From the NCBI GenBank assembly GCA_964057225.1, contig OZ059898.1:7874001-7938000 (forward strand): 64,000 bases of DNA, in the 5' to 3' direction. Both the position numbers and the translations under genes were made by a program. Positions 34,218-45,200 of the stretch are shown in pieces. Every line of letters starts with the position of its first letter. Position 1 is the stretch's first letter. The stretch is from Auanema rhodensis (lineage: Eukaryota > Animalia > Nematoda). The notes under the pieces were generated by a model that saw only the letters and a list, made by a program, of their open reading frames with translations, had not been told where the DNA came from and made no database searches.

Positions 34218-35212
34218 TATTTTAGCCTTCCTCAATGGATATTTCAGATTCAGCGATATTTTTATCGTCTTATTGTTTCTTGACAAGTGATTTCTTGTCA
34301 ACTCGGATTTTCTACGAGTTCTTCGGAATTTATTTCTCCGGCGGTTCTATATAACCTTTAACACAGTGTTCTTCGGAATTTATTTCTCCGGCGGTTCTAT
34401 ATAACCTTTGTTTTAAACTTTCCTTATCAGTAAGCAACTGAAATATCCTGCTGTGGTCGCCAAATGTCGCTTGACAACTGGACTTTTACCTCCAAGTATC
34501 AGTCCAAGTATGGAGTTGGTTCGTATGAGTGCGGTATTATGCGTTAAGACAAGTAAAATGAAGAAAGGTTTATTCAACAAATGCAACAACAGTAAAGTGA
34601 ATTACAGCAAATGGATTGATTTTAGAATTTCCTAGAAAATCCTAAAATCAATGCAAAATTGGTGAGACATAAAATTTTAACCATTTGGTTCTCCCTTTTA
34701 TAGGGAGGCACCAGATGGTTAAAGGGGGTGGAGTTAATCCAAAAAATACAAACAATACGTTACCGCAATAAAGTACGTATTTTCACGTTGACCGTGACAG
34801 GGCCCAGTTAGTACTTGGATCGGAAATGGCTTGGGAATCCCGGGTGCCGTAAGCTTTTTGTTTTTCCTAATTAAATTTGAATTTAACATTCCTTTTTTGA
34901 CTTTGATGCATGCTGATCTTGGTCGTCAGAGCAAGGTGAACTTATTGAGGAGTTGAGGAGTCGTGGTCAGCCTCGGAACAGAAAGCTTCTGTGAACATCT
35001 CGACCATCTTTCTCTGAGAAGTTGTCTCCGAGATACTCTCGCTTCTTTGACATTTTTAACGACCCCGATGTACGAGGATATCTACAGAACCTCATATACG
35101 ACGTTGTTACCGGAGGTACAGGGAATCAGTTATCGACTGATGAAAGATAAGAGCTGTTGCACAGCCATGGCATGGTGGTAGATACTACATACACTAATAG
35201 AGGAAGAGCATC

Positions 35213-35331
35213 GCTTACGACCATACCACGTTGAAAGTACGCCATCCCGTCCGATCTGGCAAGTCAAGCAACGTTGGGCCCGGTTAGTACTTGGATCGGA
35301 GACGGCTTGGGAATCCCGGGTGCCGTAAGCT
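35213..35331 (+). rRNA. 5S rRNA
   Basis: Full-length 119-nt copy plus oligo-T. Confidence 0.97.
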
Positions 35332-35688
35332 TTTTGTTTTTTCTAATTAAATTTGAATTTAACATTCCTTTTTTGACTTTGATGCAAGCTGATCTTGGTC
35401 GTCAGAGCAAGGTGAACTTATTGAGGAGTTGAGGAGTCGTGGGGAGCCTCGGAACAGAAAGCTTCTGTGAACATCTCGACCATCTTTCTCTGAGAAGTTG
35501 TCTCCGAGATACTCTCGCTTCTTTGACATTCTGAACGACCCCGATGTACGAGGATATCTACAGAACCTCATATACGACGTTGTTACCGGAGGTGCAGGGA
35601 ATCAGTTATCGACTGATGAAAGATAAGAGCTGTTGCACAGCCATGGCATGGTGGTAGATACTAGATACACTAATAGAGGAAGAGCATC

Positions 35689-35807
35689 GCTTACGACCAT
35701 ACCACGTTGAAAGTACGCCATCCCGTCCGATCTGGCAAGTCAAGCAACGTTGGGCCCGGTTAGTACTTGGATCGGAGACGGCTTGGGAATCCCGGGTGCC
35801 GTAAGCT
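35689..35807 (+). rRNA. 5S rRNA
   Basis: Full-length copy. Confidence 0.97.
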
Positions 35808-36164
35808 TTTTGTTTTTCCTAATTAAATTTGAATTTAACATTCCTTTTTTGACTTTGATGCATGCTGATCTTGGTCGTCAGAGCAAGGTGAACTTATTGA
35901 GGAGTTCAGGAGTCGTGGTCAGCCTCGGAACAGAAAGCTTCTGTGAACATCTCGACCATCTTTCTCTGAGAAGTTGTCTCAGAGATACTCTCGCTTCTTT
36001 GACATTCTTAACAACCCCGATGTACGAGGATATCTATAGAACCTCATATACGACGTTGTTACCGGAGGTGCAGGGAATCAGTTATCGACTGATGAAAGAT
36101 AAGAGCTGTTGCACAGCCATGGCATGGTGGTAGATACTAGATACACTAATAGAGGAAGAGCATC

Positions 36165-36283
36165 GCTTACGACCATACCACGTTGAAAGTACGCCATCCC
36201 GTCCGATCTGGCAAGTCAAGCAACGTTGGGCCCGGTTAGTACTTGGATCGGAGACGGCTTGGGAATCCCGGGTGCCGTAAGCT
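36165..36283 (+). rRNA. 5S rRNA
   Basis: Full-length copy. Confidence 0.97.
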
Positions 36284-38871
36284 TTTTGTTTTTCCTAATT
36301 AAATTTGAATTTAACATTCCTTTTTTGACTTTGATGCATGCTGATCTTGGTCGTCAGAGCAAGGTGAACTTATTGAGGAGTTCAGGAGTCGTGGTCAGCC
36401 TCGGAACAGAAAGCTTCTGTGAACATCTCGACCATCTTTCTCTGAGAAGTTGTCTCAGAGATACTCTCGCTTCTTTGACATTCTTAACAACCCCGATGTA
36501 CGAGGATATCTATAGAACCTCATATACCACGGTGTTACTGGAGGTGCAAGGAATCAGTTATCGACTGATGAACGATAAGAGCTATTGCACAGCCATGGCA
36601 TGGTGGTAGATACTAGATACACTAATAAAGGAATGGCATCGCTTACGACCATACCACGTTGAAAGTACGCCATCCCGTCCGATCTGGCAAGTCAAGCAAC
36701 GTTGGGCCCGATCGGAGACGGCTTGGGAATCCCGGGTGCCGTAAGCTTTTTGTTTTTCCTAATTAAATTTGAATTTAACATTCCTTTTTTGACTTTGATG
36801 CATGCTGATCTTGGTCGTCAGAGCAAGGTGAACTTATTGAGGAGTTCAGGAGTCGTGGTCAGCCTCGGAACAGAAAGCTTCTGTGAACATCTCGACCATC
36901 TTTCTCTGAGAAGTTGTCTCAGAGATACTCTCGCTTCTTTGACATTTTTAACGACCCTGATGTACGAGGATATCTACAGAACCTCATATACGACGTTGTT
37001 ACCGGAGGTGCAGGGAATCAGTTATCGACTGATGAAAGATGTTCCATACGTGTCCTATAAGTAGAGCGATTGACAACGTCAATCGCTTATAAAACGGAAC
37101 ATTATAAAAACAAATAGCTGACGCTACATTTGAGAAACAGGAATTCAATGCAACAATGAACGAACACTTTTTCATATTAAGTTTAATTAAAGAAAGCCCA
37201 ATTCAAGCGGAACCAAGTTCCGCGGACCTGATATAACCACTTTTTATGCTCGTAAGGAATACTATATAAGGTTTCCTTACGAGTCCCTTGGGCTGCGACT
37301 AGGAATCATTATGTAACTTTTATTATTGTAATTTGTATACTTTATCATAAATAAACCTTTCTCTCTATACTCTTTATCATTTATATTTGGAAGAAAAGAA
37401 AGTAATTCCATGTGGTTACCCAGCCGGAACCCTGGGGAACCAACATGGAACGTGGAGGTTCCACCGAGATTCGTCTATAACCGACGAATCTCTAAGAACC
37501 ATATTTCGCTACATAAATTTAATTTTGTTGTCTTTCATACATCTAATTAAAGAATTATATTTCGATTATGCTATATGAATTTAATTTGAAATCCTTCTCT
37601 TCTTTATTTCATTCATTCAAAGAACTTTATTTTGATTTTGATTCATAAATTAATACTGAAATCTTATATACATTTATTTAAAAAGATATATTTTGAAACA
37701 ACTTAATTTTGAAATTTTTATATTCATTCATTTAAAAGAAACATTTCGATTTTTATCCATATTCTAAGATCTTTCATTCATTTTTGAGGAAAAACTTTGT
37801 TTATAACTATCATAAATTAATTTGAAATTCTTTTATATTTATTCATTTAAAGAAAGGTATTTCGATATTTTTTTTTCTGTCAATCTTTTCTTTTTCTGTT
37901 TTTTTTAATCAAAATCTATTCTATCTCTTATAAATTTTTGTTATAAAGTTTCAAACAATTTTTGAATGAAAAATGAATTAATTTCTTTCATGAATCATCA
38001 AAAAAATTCATTGTTTTATATATATTAAAATTCATTAATTTCTATTCTATCCTTTAAAATGTATTACTCCTTTATATATATATATATATATTTATGTACA
38101 AAACTATTCTATACTAGTACTATATTCCTACTATATTCCTACTATATTCCTATTTTATTTTTCTTTTATCTTCTTTTAAATTTTATCTTTTTCCCTCTCT
38201 TATTACTATTATTTTTTCTCTTCTTCCTAATATAACCCAGAAAACAGCCAAATAACTTTGAAATTTTTTATCTGAATCCCGAACCTAAGATTTACAATTT
38301 TGCATTTTGATCCTAAAAGTAGCCCGTGAGAAGCAATACCAGACTGTCTCGAGAACTGAGCGGAGGCAACCACTATTTTTGATATAAGACGTACGCATTC
38401 CTGATTTTGAAGATCCCTTTTTGGTCCTATTTTTGCAAATTTGAAAATTACGACAGAATTAGTCGAGAATGAAAGTGTTAGAGTGGTCTCACCATGAAAA
38501 ATCAGGGGAGCAGAATTTCGTTAAGGGAGCGATTTCTGTGATTTTTCATAGGCAAGAGAAGTCTGGGAAAGTGAATGTACGAGGCCTGAGCACCTAATCT
38601 TGTCGAAAGACTGAAAGGGAATACTGCTTAGATCACCGTCGTATATTTCACGCCTATTCGAGAGATGGGAACTTGATCCTAGAAAGGGCGCACCGGTCAC
38701 AGGCCCGTGTATGTACCCGATTGAGCAATTCTCCGTTAGAAGATTCGCTGCAGGCTGGCCCCCTAGCAAGCGTCACGCATACAACCCCATATTGCCTCTC
38801 ACGTTGTATATATATTTTTATAAGATTCGCATCGTTGGTATAATAATTTCCTTTCCAGGAAAACCAACAAG

Positions 38872-39081
38872 ATGACGGACTCGAAGAGTAAAAATCCTCC
38901 GCAGGATAAAACAAATCCACAGAGCGCAGCCCCCGGTAATGATACGCACGTCGAGCCAGTACTCGAGCAGAATCAAAGAAAGAGAGGACCTCCAAATGTT
39001 TATGAGCCGGACACGAAGCGCCGACCTACTGCTGCAAAGAAACCACCCGCTATACCGGGTACCCCCGCGAAAAAAAAATAG
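38872..39081 (+). CDS. Small basic proline-rich peptide (69 aa) of element B
   Basis: Follows a TTCCAG acceptor (38858); RKRGPPNVYEP resembles RRKRQPPATYSP at the equivalent position in element A. Confidence 0.5.
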   Translation: MTDSKSKNPPQDKTNPQSAAPGNDTHVEPVLEQNQRKRGPPNVYEPDTKRRPTAAKKPPAIPGTPAKKK

Positions 39082-39975
39082 GCACAACAGCTATCAAAAC
39101 TTCTCGCCACGCTATTACTCTTAGTAAAATTAAAACGTCTATTAACAAACAAACTCCTAAACGCAATTCTAACGTTATCAAAAGCTCTAGCTATGTTAGC
39201 ACAAATACTTCCCCTTGTAAAGATTATTCTCAAATATCATTTTCATACCCAAATACTGCTATTCTTTTTTCTCCTCTTCCTCGAAATTCACCAAACTATC
39301 AGAGAAAATAGAAGAAAACGCAAGAAAAGAATTGTATGAGGAACGGAAGAAGGAGCCACCCACAATTAAGAAATGGAGTTCAGCACTTAAATTGGCATTG
39401 GGATTAGAAGATAATTCTCCTACAACGCCAGCAAAGCCTTATCATGTGCCGATAAGGTATCACAGCACCATACCAGTAACAGAGCCGAAGAAGAGAGTTT
39501 CGAAGAGTCAGATCCCGGACCCAAACTTCGTGGCACCAACAGTACCAGTCATCCATAAGAAAAGACCGTCAACAGTTATTGGGACTACAAGTAAGAAGCT
39601 AGAACAATAGTAAAAATCCATAATTTCTATATAAAAATCACAAAAAGTATAATACCATTTTCATAATTTTCATCTAAACTTGAACCTATATATGATTTTT
39701 TTTTCTCATTTAAGTAAGACATAAAATTCTACACAAATTATTGTACATTTTTATTTTTTCACTCTCATAAAAATATTGTATCAATAACCAAAATTTCAAA
39801 ATAAAATTATACATCATACTTGGAATCTTTCAAAAATCACTGCAAAGTTTTAATCAACAATCTTCATCATTTTTTTTCACCTAACTGGTCAAAAAGGAGG
39901 CGACAAAAAGGAAGGAACAGACCGACCTAGTTTTAAAAAGGATAAAAAGGACAGAAAACAGTAACAAAGATAACA

Positions 39976-40578
39976 ATGTCCACCCAACTCCCTGAAGCCG
40001 TCGAAATTCCCCTCATGATGGCCAAAAAGAGATGGCTTTCAATTCAACTATTAGTAAGAGAATTGAAGCAGCTAGGCGCCAATACCATCGCCAACCGCCC
40101 CAGGAAAGAGAAGATCCTGAAAGAGTTAGTTCAAGGACTAACAAGTGCGAACACCAGTACTGAAACGCTCAAAATCCTATGTTACCAATACGACAAGGAT
40201 CAACTGTCGGAGGTTGACCACTGCATAGGACCATGGACCAACACAGCAGGAGTCATCCGAGATGCCATTGCTGAACTAAGGGACCAACTAGGTTATTCAC
40301 CTAGTTGCGATTCACCAGAACAGCAGACACCAAACTGGATTATTGCTGAGACCCATTCGGCCTATCAAGAATGGAGCCTGCAACATTGCAGCGAACTGCC
40401 ACCCACAGAGGCAAGAAAAAGCATTTTAAATGCTCTACAAATATTTCTGGCATCACCAGCAACCACCAAGGAAGAAATGGAAAGAAAAACGGATTTATGC
40501 AACAAGACTATGTATCTTCTCCACGACCTAGGATCATCACCATTACCAGAGATACACCAGTATTATGAAGAAGACTAA
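39976..40578 (+). CDS. Accessory ORF of unknown function at 3' end of element B (200 aa)
   Basis: Intact ATG ORF in otherwise AT-rich non-coding interior. Confidence 0.65.
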   Translation: MSTQLPEAVEIPLMMAKKRWLSIQLLVRELKQLGANTIANRPRKEKILKELVQGLTSANTSTETLKILCYQYDKDQLSEVDHCIGPWTNTAGVIRDAIAELRDQLGYSPSCDSPEQQTPNWIIAETHSAYQEWSLQHCSELPPTEARKSILNALQIFLASPATTKEEMERKTDLCNKTMYLLHDLGSSPLPEIHQYYEED

Positions 40579-41267
40579 AAAGAACCTTTGAAAGATTCCC
40601 AGTATGATATATGATATATTATTTTGTAATTACATCGTTTCCCTTCATTTTTTCTTCATTAAATTATTCTATATTATCAATATTCTTTTATATATTTTTT
40701 AAAACATTTCCTACAACTTTCACATTTGCATGGAATTTCACTTTCTCGATGTAGCTGAGGTCAGCTACTTTTTCGGTATTAGGCATGTTCCATACGTGTC
40801 CTATAAGTAGAGCGATTGACAACGTCAATCGCTTATAAAACGGAACATTATAAAAACAAATAGCTGACGCTACATTTGAGAAACAGGAATTCAATGCAAC
40901 AATGAACGAACACTTTTTCATATTAAGTTTAATTAAAGAAAGCCCAATTCAAGCGGAACCAAGTTCCGCGGACCTGATATAACCACTTTTTATGCTCGTA
41001 AGGAATACTATATAAGGTTTCCTTACGAGTCCCTTGGGCTGCGACTAGGAATCATTATGTAACTTTTATTATTGTAATTTGTATACTTTATCATAAATAA
41101 ACCTTTCTCTCTATACTCTTTATCATTTATATTTGGAAGAAAAGAAAGTAATTCCATGTGGTTACCCAGCCGGAACCCTGGGGAACCAACATGGAACGAA
41201 GATAAGAGCTGTTGCACAGCCATGGCATGGTGGTAGATACTAGATACACTAATAGAGGAATAGCATC

Positions 41268-41386
41268 GCTTACGACCATACCACGTTGAAAGTACGCCAT
41301 CCCGTCCGATCTGGCAAGTCAAGCAACGTTGGGCCCGGTTAGTACTTGGATCGGAGACGGCTTGGGAATCCCGGGTGCCGTAAGCT
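41268..41386 (+). rRNA. 5S rRNA
   Basis: Full-length copy. Confidence 0.97.
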
Positions 41387-41742
41387 TTTTATTTTCCTAA
41401 TTAAATTTGAATTTAACATTCCTTTTTTGACTTTGAAGCTTGCTTATCTTGGTCGCCATAGCAAGGCGAAGTTATTGAGGAGTTGAGGAGTCGTGGTCAG
41501 CCTCGGAACAGAAAGCTTCTGTGAACATCTCGACCATCTTTCTCTGAGAAGTTGTCTCCGAGATACTCTCGCTTCTTTGACATTTTTAACGACCCCGATG
41601 TACGAGGATATCTACAGAACCTCATATACGACGTTGTTACCGGAGGTGCAGGGAATCAGTTATCGACTGATGAAAGATAAGAGCTGTTGCACAGCCATGG
41701 CATGGTGGTAGATACTAGATACACTAATAGAGGAATAGCATC

Positions 41743-41861
41743 GCTTACGACCATACCACGTTGAAAGTACGCCATCCCGTCCGATCTGGCAAGTCAAGCA
41801 ACGTTGGGCCCGGTTAGTACTTGGATCGGAGACGGCTTGGGAATCCCGGGTGCCGTAAGCT
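41743..41861 (+). rRNA. 5S rRNA
   Basis: Full-length copy. Confidence 0.97.
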
Positions 41862-42234
41862 TTTTATTTTCCTAATTAAATTTGAATTTAACATTCCTTT
41901 TTTGACTTTGAAGCTTGCTTATCTTGGTCGCCATAGCAAGGCGAAGTTATTGAGGAGTTGAGGAGTCGTGGTCAGCCTCGGAACAGAAAGCTTCTGTGAA
42001 CATCTCGACCATCTTTCTCTGAGAAGTTGTCTCCGAGATACTCTCGCTTCTTTGACATTTTTAACGACCCCGATGTACGAGGATATCTACAGAACCTCAT
42101 ATACCACGGTGTTACTGGAGGTGCAAGGAATCAGTTATCGACTGATGAAAGATAAGAGCTGTTGCACAGCCATGGCATGGTGGTAGATACTAGATACACT
42201 AATAGAGGAATAGCATCGCTTACGACCATACCAC

Positions 42235-45200
42235 TGTCGGCAAATGCCTGACTATTAACAAAATATAATGATTTACAATATAAACATAACTCTTCTGAAA
42301 TACTAAACCATTATCTATTAACCGAATAATTGTATCATTAACCTATTGCGCAACATTCTCAAAGAATGTTGAACTTTTATCACCTCTATAGTTTACATTA
42401 ACGTGACCTTTCTATTCAAATATCAAATATCACCCTTAAGCTAAATCATATATAAACCCAAGAAACCTTCACTTTCGAATCTAACTTTTCTACCACTGTA
42501 CCATCTTTATTTAATAAACCTTTTAAACTCAAATCTGCGAAGTTCAACCCTGATAATACTCTCTTCGAGTATCAGCCTCCGTTAATACTCCTAAACGGTA
42601 TTAACTCCTGTATCACGTCGAACGTGTAATACTACAACTATTCCTCTGGAATAACTCTTGGATACATAGTCCAAATTGGTGCATCGTCCAAATCAGGTAT
42701 CAATTGTTAGAAACCTTATTTGTATAATTTTCTATTCTCACTTTTTATTTCTCAGTTCCTTTGTTTACTTTTCTTCATCATCACATTCTTTAAACTTCTT
42801 TGCTTCATCTCATCTCATCTGAATCTCTATCTCTATCTCAATCTCAAAATCAAAAAAGTTACCAACACATTTTGCAACAATTCAACTAAGAAATTCAAAA
42901 GTCATACATTTTGCATCAAAAAATCAAAAAACGGTAGCAATGGACCGTACTGAAGAAGTTTTCAATGAAAAACTCCACAATTTCGCAGACAAATTTGAGC
43001 AACTAGCCAAACTACTCATAAAAACTAAAACTGAGAACCAAGAAAACATTTCGCTTCTACGCCTACACACATCTCTCACACAACTTAGGTCTGAAGAATC
43101 ATCTCTCGCTACTCTTGCTTCTCTTCTCCCCGAACCTACGTTTTCTGAATTGAACAGAAGAATAAACGAGGTAACCACGCTTCATGCTGACACAGTAACA
43201 AGAGCGAACATCCTGATTTTGGAACTAGAAACCAAAACAGCTAAAAAACAACCCCTCCCCGATTCCGAAGACGACCAAGAGTCGGATCGGAATAAAAGAC
43301 CAACGCGAACTAGCTTTGGTCTCTCCGTTAAAACACCTCAACTTTCGATTCCCACATTTAACGGAGACTCCTTAACATTTCCACTCTTCTGGAACCAATT
43401 CAAAACCCTCATTCACAATGAACCTAGCCTAAATATACAACAGAAAAACATTTTTTTGGCAGAAGCCCTACAAGGACCTGCCAGGGTTCATCTCGAGAAT
43501 AAGCCTTTAAACGGCGAATTTTATCACCAAATAATCGAAACCTTACAAAACACATATCAACCGATATTAGCGGTTGACTTTCGCATATACCGTAATATCA
43601 GGAGATTACCTGTCGCAAAATCCGACCCCACCTCTTTGAGATCCCGAGTTAATGAGATTCGAGCTTTGCTCGACCAACTCGACAGAGCAAGATCTCAATA
43701 TATATACAATACTGAAGACCCAGCTTGGGTCACAGAGATATCTGAGAAATTTCCTGAAGAAATTATAGATATGCGCTGTTGGCGATCGCCCGGCGAAAAT
43801 ACTATAAGTCAAATTCTGAAGGACATAGAGGGTATAGCATACTCAAAGGAAACCTCGGCTTATTTAAGACGAGAACGATCCGAACCTCAGTATCGAGACC
43901 AAACTCAGCCTTTTTTCTCAAAACCCATCAAATCCTCAGAAAAATCAGAACGACCCTGCGTTTTTTGCGATAAGCAGGGTCATCGCCCTACAAAATGCCC
44001 CACGATAACCACCCCCCAAGAACGAAGAGAGATTATAAAGAGAAAAAATAGGTGTTGGATTTGCTTTAGTCCAACACACTCAAGCAGTAAGTGCAAATTC
44101 GAAAGTTGCCGAAACTGCAAAAAAGAGCATAATTATACTTTATGCCTACCTAAGCCAACCATCAAAATTACTAAACCGTCCATGAATTGCACCACTATAT
44201 CTAAATCTTTCCATCCTTCTCCCGCTTACCTCATGACTTCTCAAATCTCTCTCTTAAATCCTTTAACAAACACTTATCATACTAAAACCATATTTCTTGA
44301 CCCCGGAGCAACTCAAAGCTTCATCCATCAAAAGACAGCTGAGACATGCAACTTGAATACCTTAGCAACACAAAACATTACAGCAACCGGATTTTCGGGC
44401 AATAAAGAAACTTTTGAAACAAAAACAGTCGAAGCTATTTTGCAAACCCCATATGGAAAAATAATTAAACTAATTTTGCTGACATCCCCAAAACCACTCA
44501 CCGGAAACCTAAAATGCTGTTCTCTACAAATCCGGGATAGAGAATTTCTTGAAAAAACCAAAATTTCCGTCACCAATCAATTCATTAATGGGGAAACATT
44601 CTCACCCGACATTTTGTTAGGTATGGATTGGTATGATTCAGTAATAACTGAAGAGCCATCCATTTCATTACCATCGGGTCTAAAAATTAAACACACCCAC
44701 TTTGGTCCCTGTATTTATGGAAAAACAAATAATACCCATGAATCCATAGCCGTCCATTCCTTAATCATAAACCCTCAAATACCGGAGGAAGTTATGATTA
44801 AACAATTATTCGAAATAGATAGTTTGGGCATTGCTCCACATGAAGGAGCTTTGAACAAATCAGAACTATTCTATAACGAATATTCTACTTTACTTACGTT
44901 TGATAACGGCTACATAACCGCCCCTCTCCCACTAAAGAAAAACGCCATAAATATTCAATCTAACCGTAATCTTGCTTTGGCAACACTTAATCGTCTTCAA
45001 ATATCCTTACAAAAAGACCCCAATCAACAAAAATACTATCAAGAAACGTTCTCACAATATTTAAAAGAAAACGTAATAGAGTTAGTCCCGGCAGATGTTG
45101 AGGCGACCAGAACTTATTATATGCCACATCGCGGTGTGTGGAAACCCCAAAAAACCAAGCCTCTTCGCATAGTCTTTAACGCATCTGCTAAACAAAAAGG

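Larger units (their letters stand above)
29027..34799 (-). mobile_element. BEL/Pao element C4, integrase and env deleted, inserted in a 5S gene
   Basis: 335-bp LTRs 29027-29361 and 34465-34799; TSD GGGCC (29022-29026 / 34800-34804); PBS TGGCGACCACAGCAGG at ~34447-34462. Confidence 0.94.
34800..37039 (+). repeat. 5S rDNA units (genes 35213-35331, 35689-35807, 36165-36283; deletion variant 36641-36747)
   Basis: 476-bp periodicity. Confidence 0.96.
37040..41198 (+). mobile_element. Non-autonomous Gypsy-type LTR element B
   Basis: Apparently identical 413-bp LTRs 37040-37452 and 40786-41198; TSD AAGA (37036-37039 / 41199-41202); tRNA-Gln PBS; no RT or integrase core. Confidence 0.93.

Noticed and set aside
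34317-34408. ~40-bp direct repeat in the C4 leader
   Set aside because: Simple local duplication; no evidence of function.
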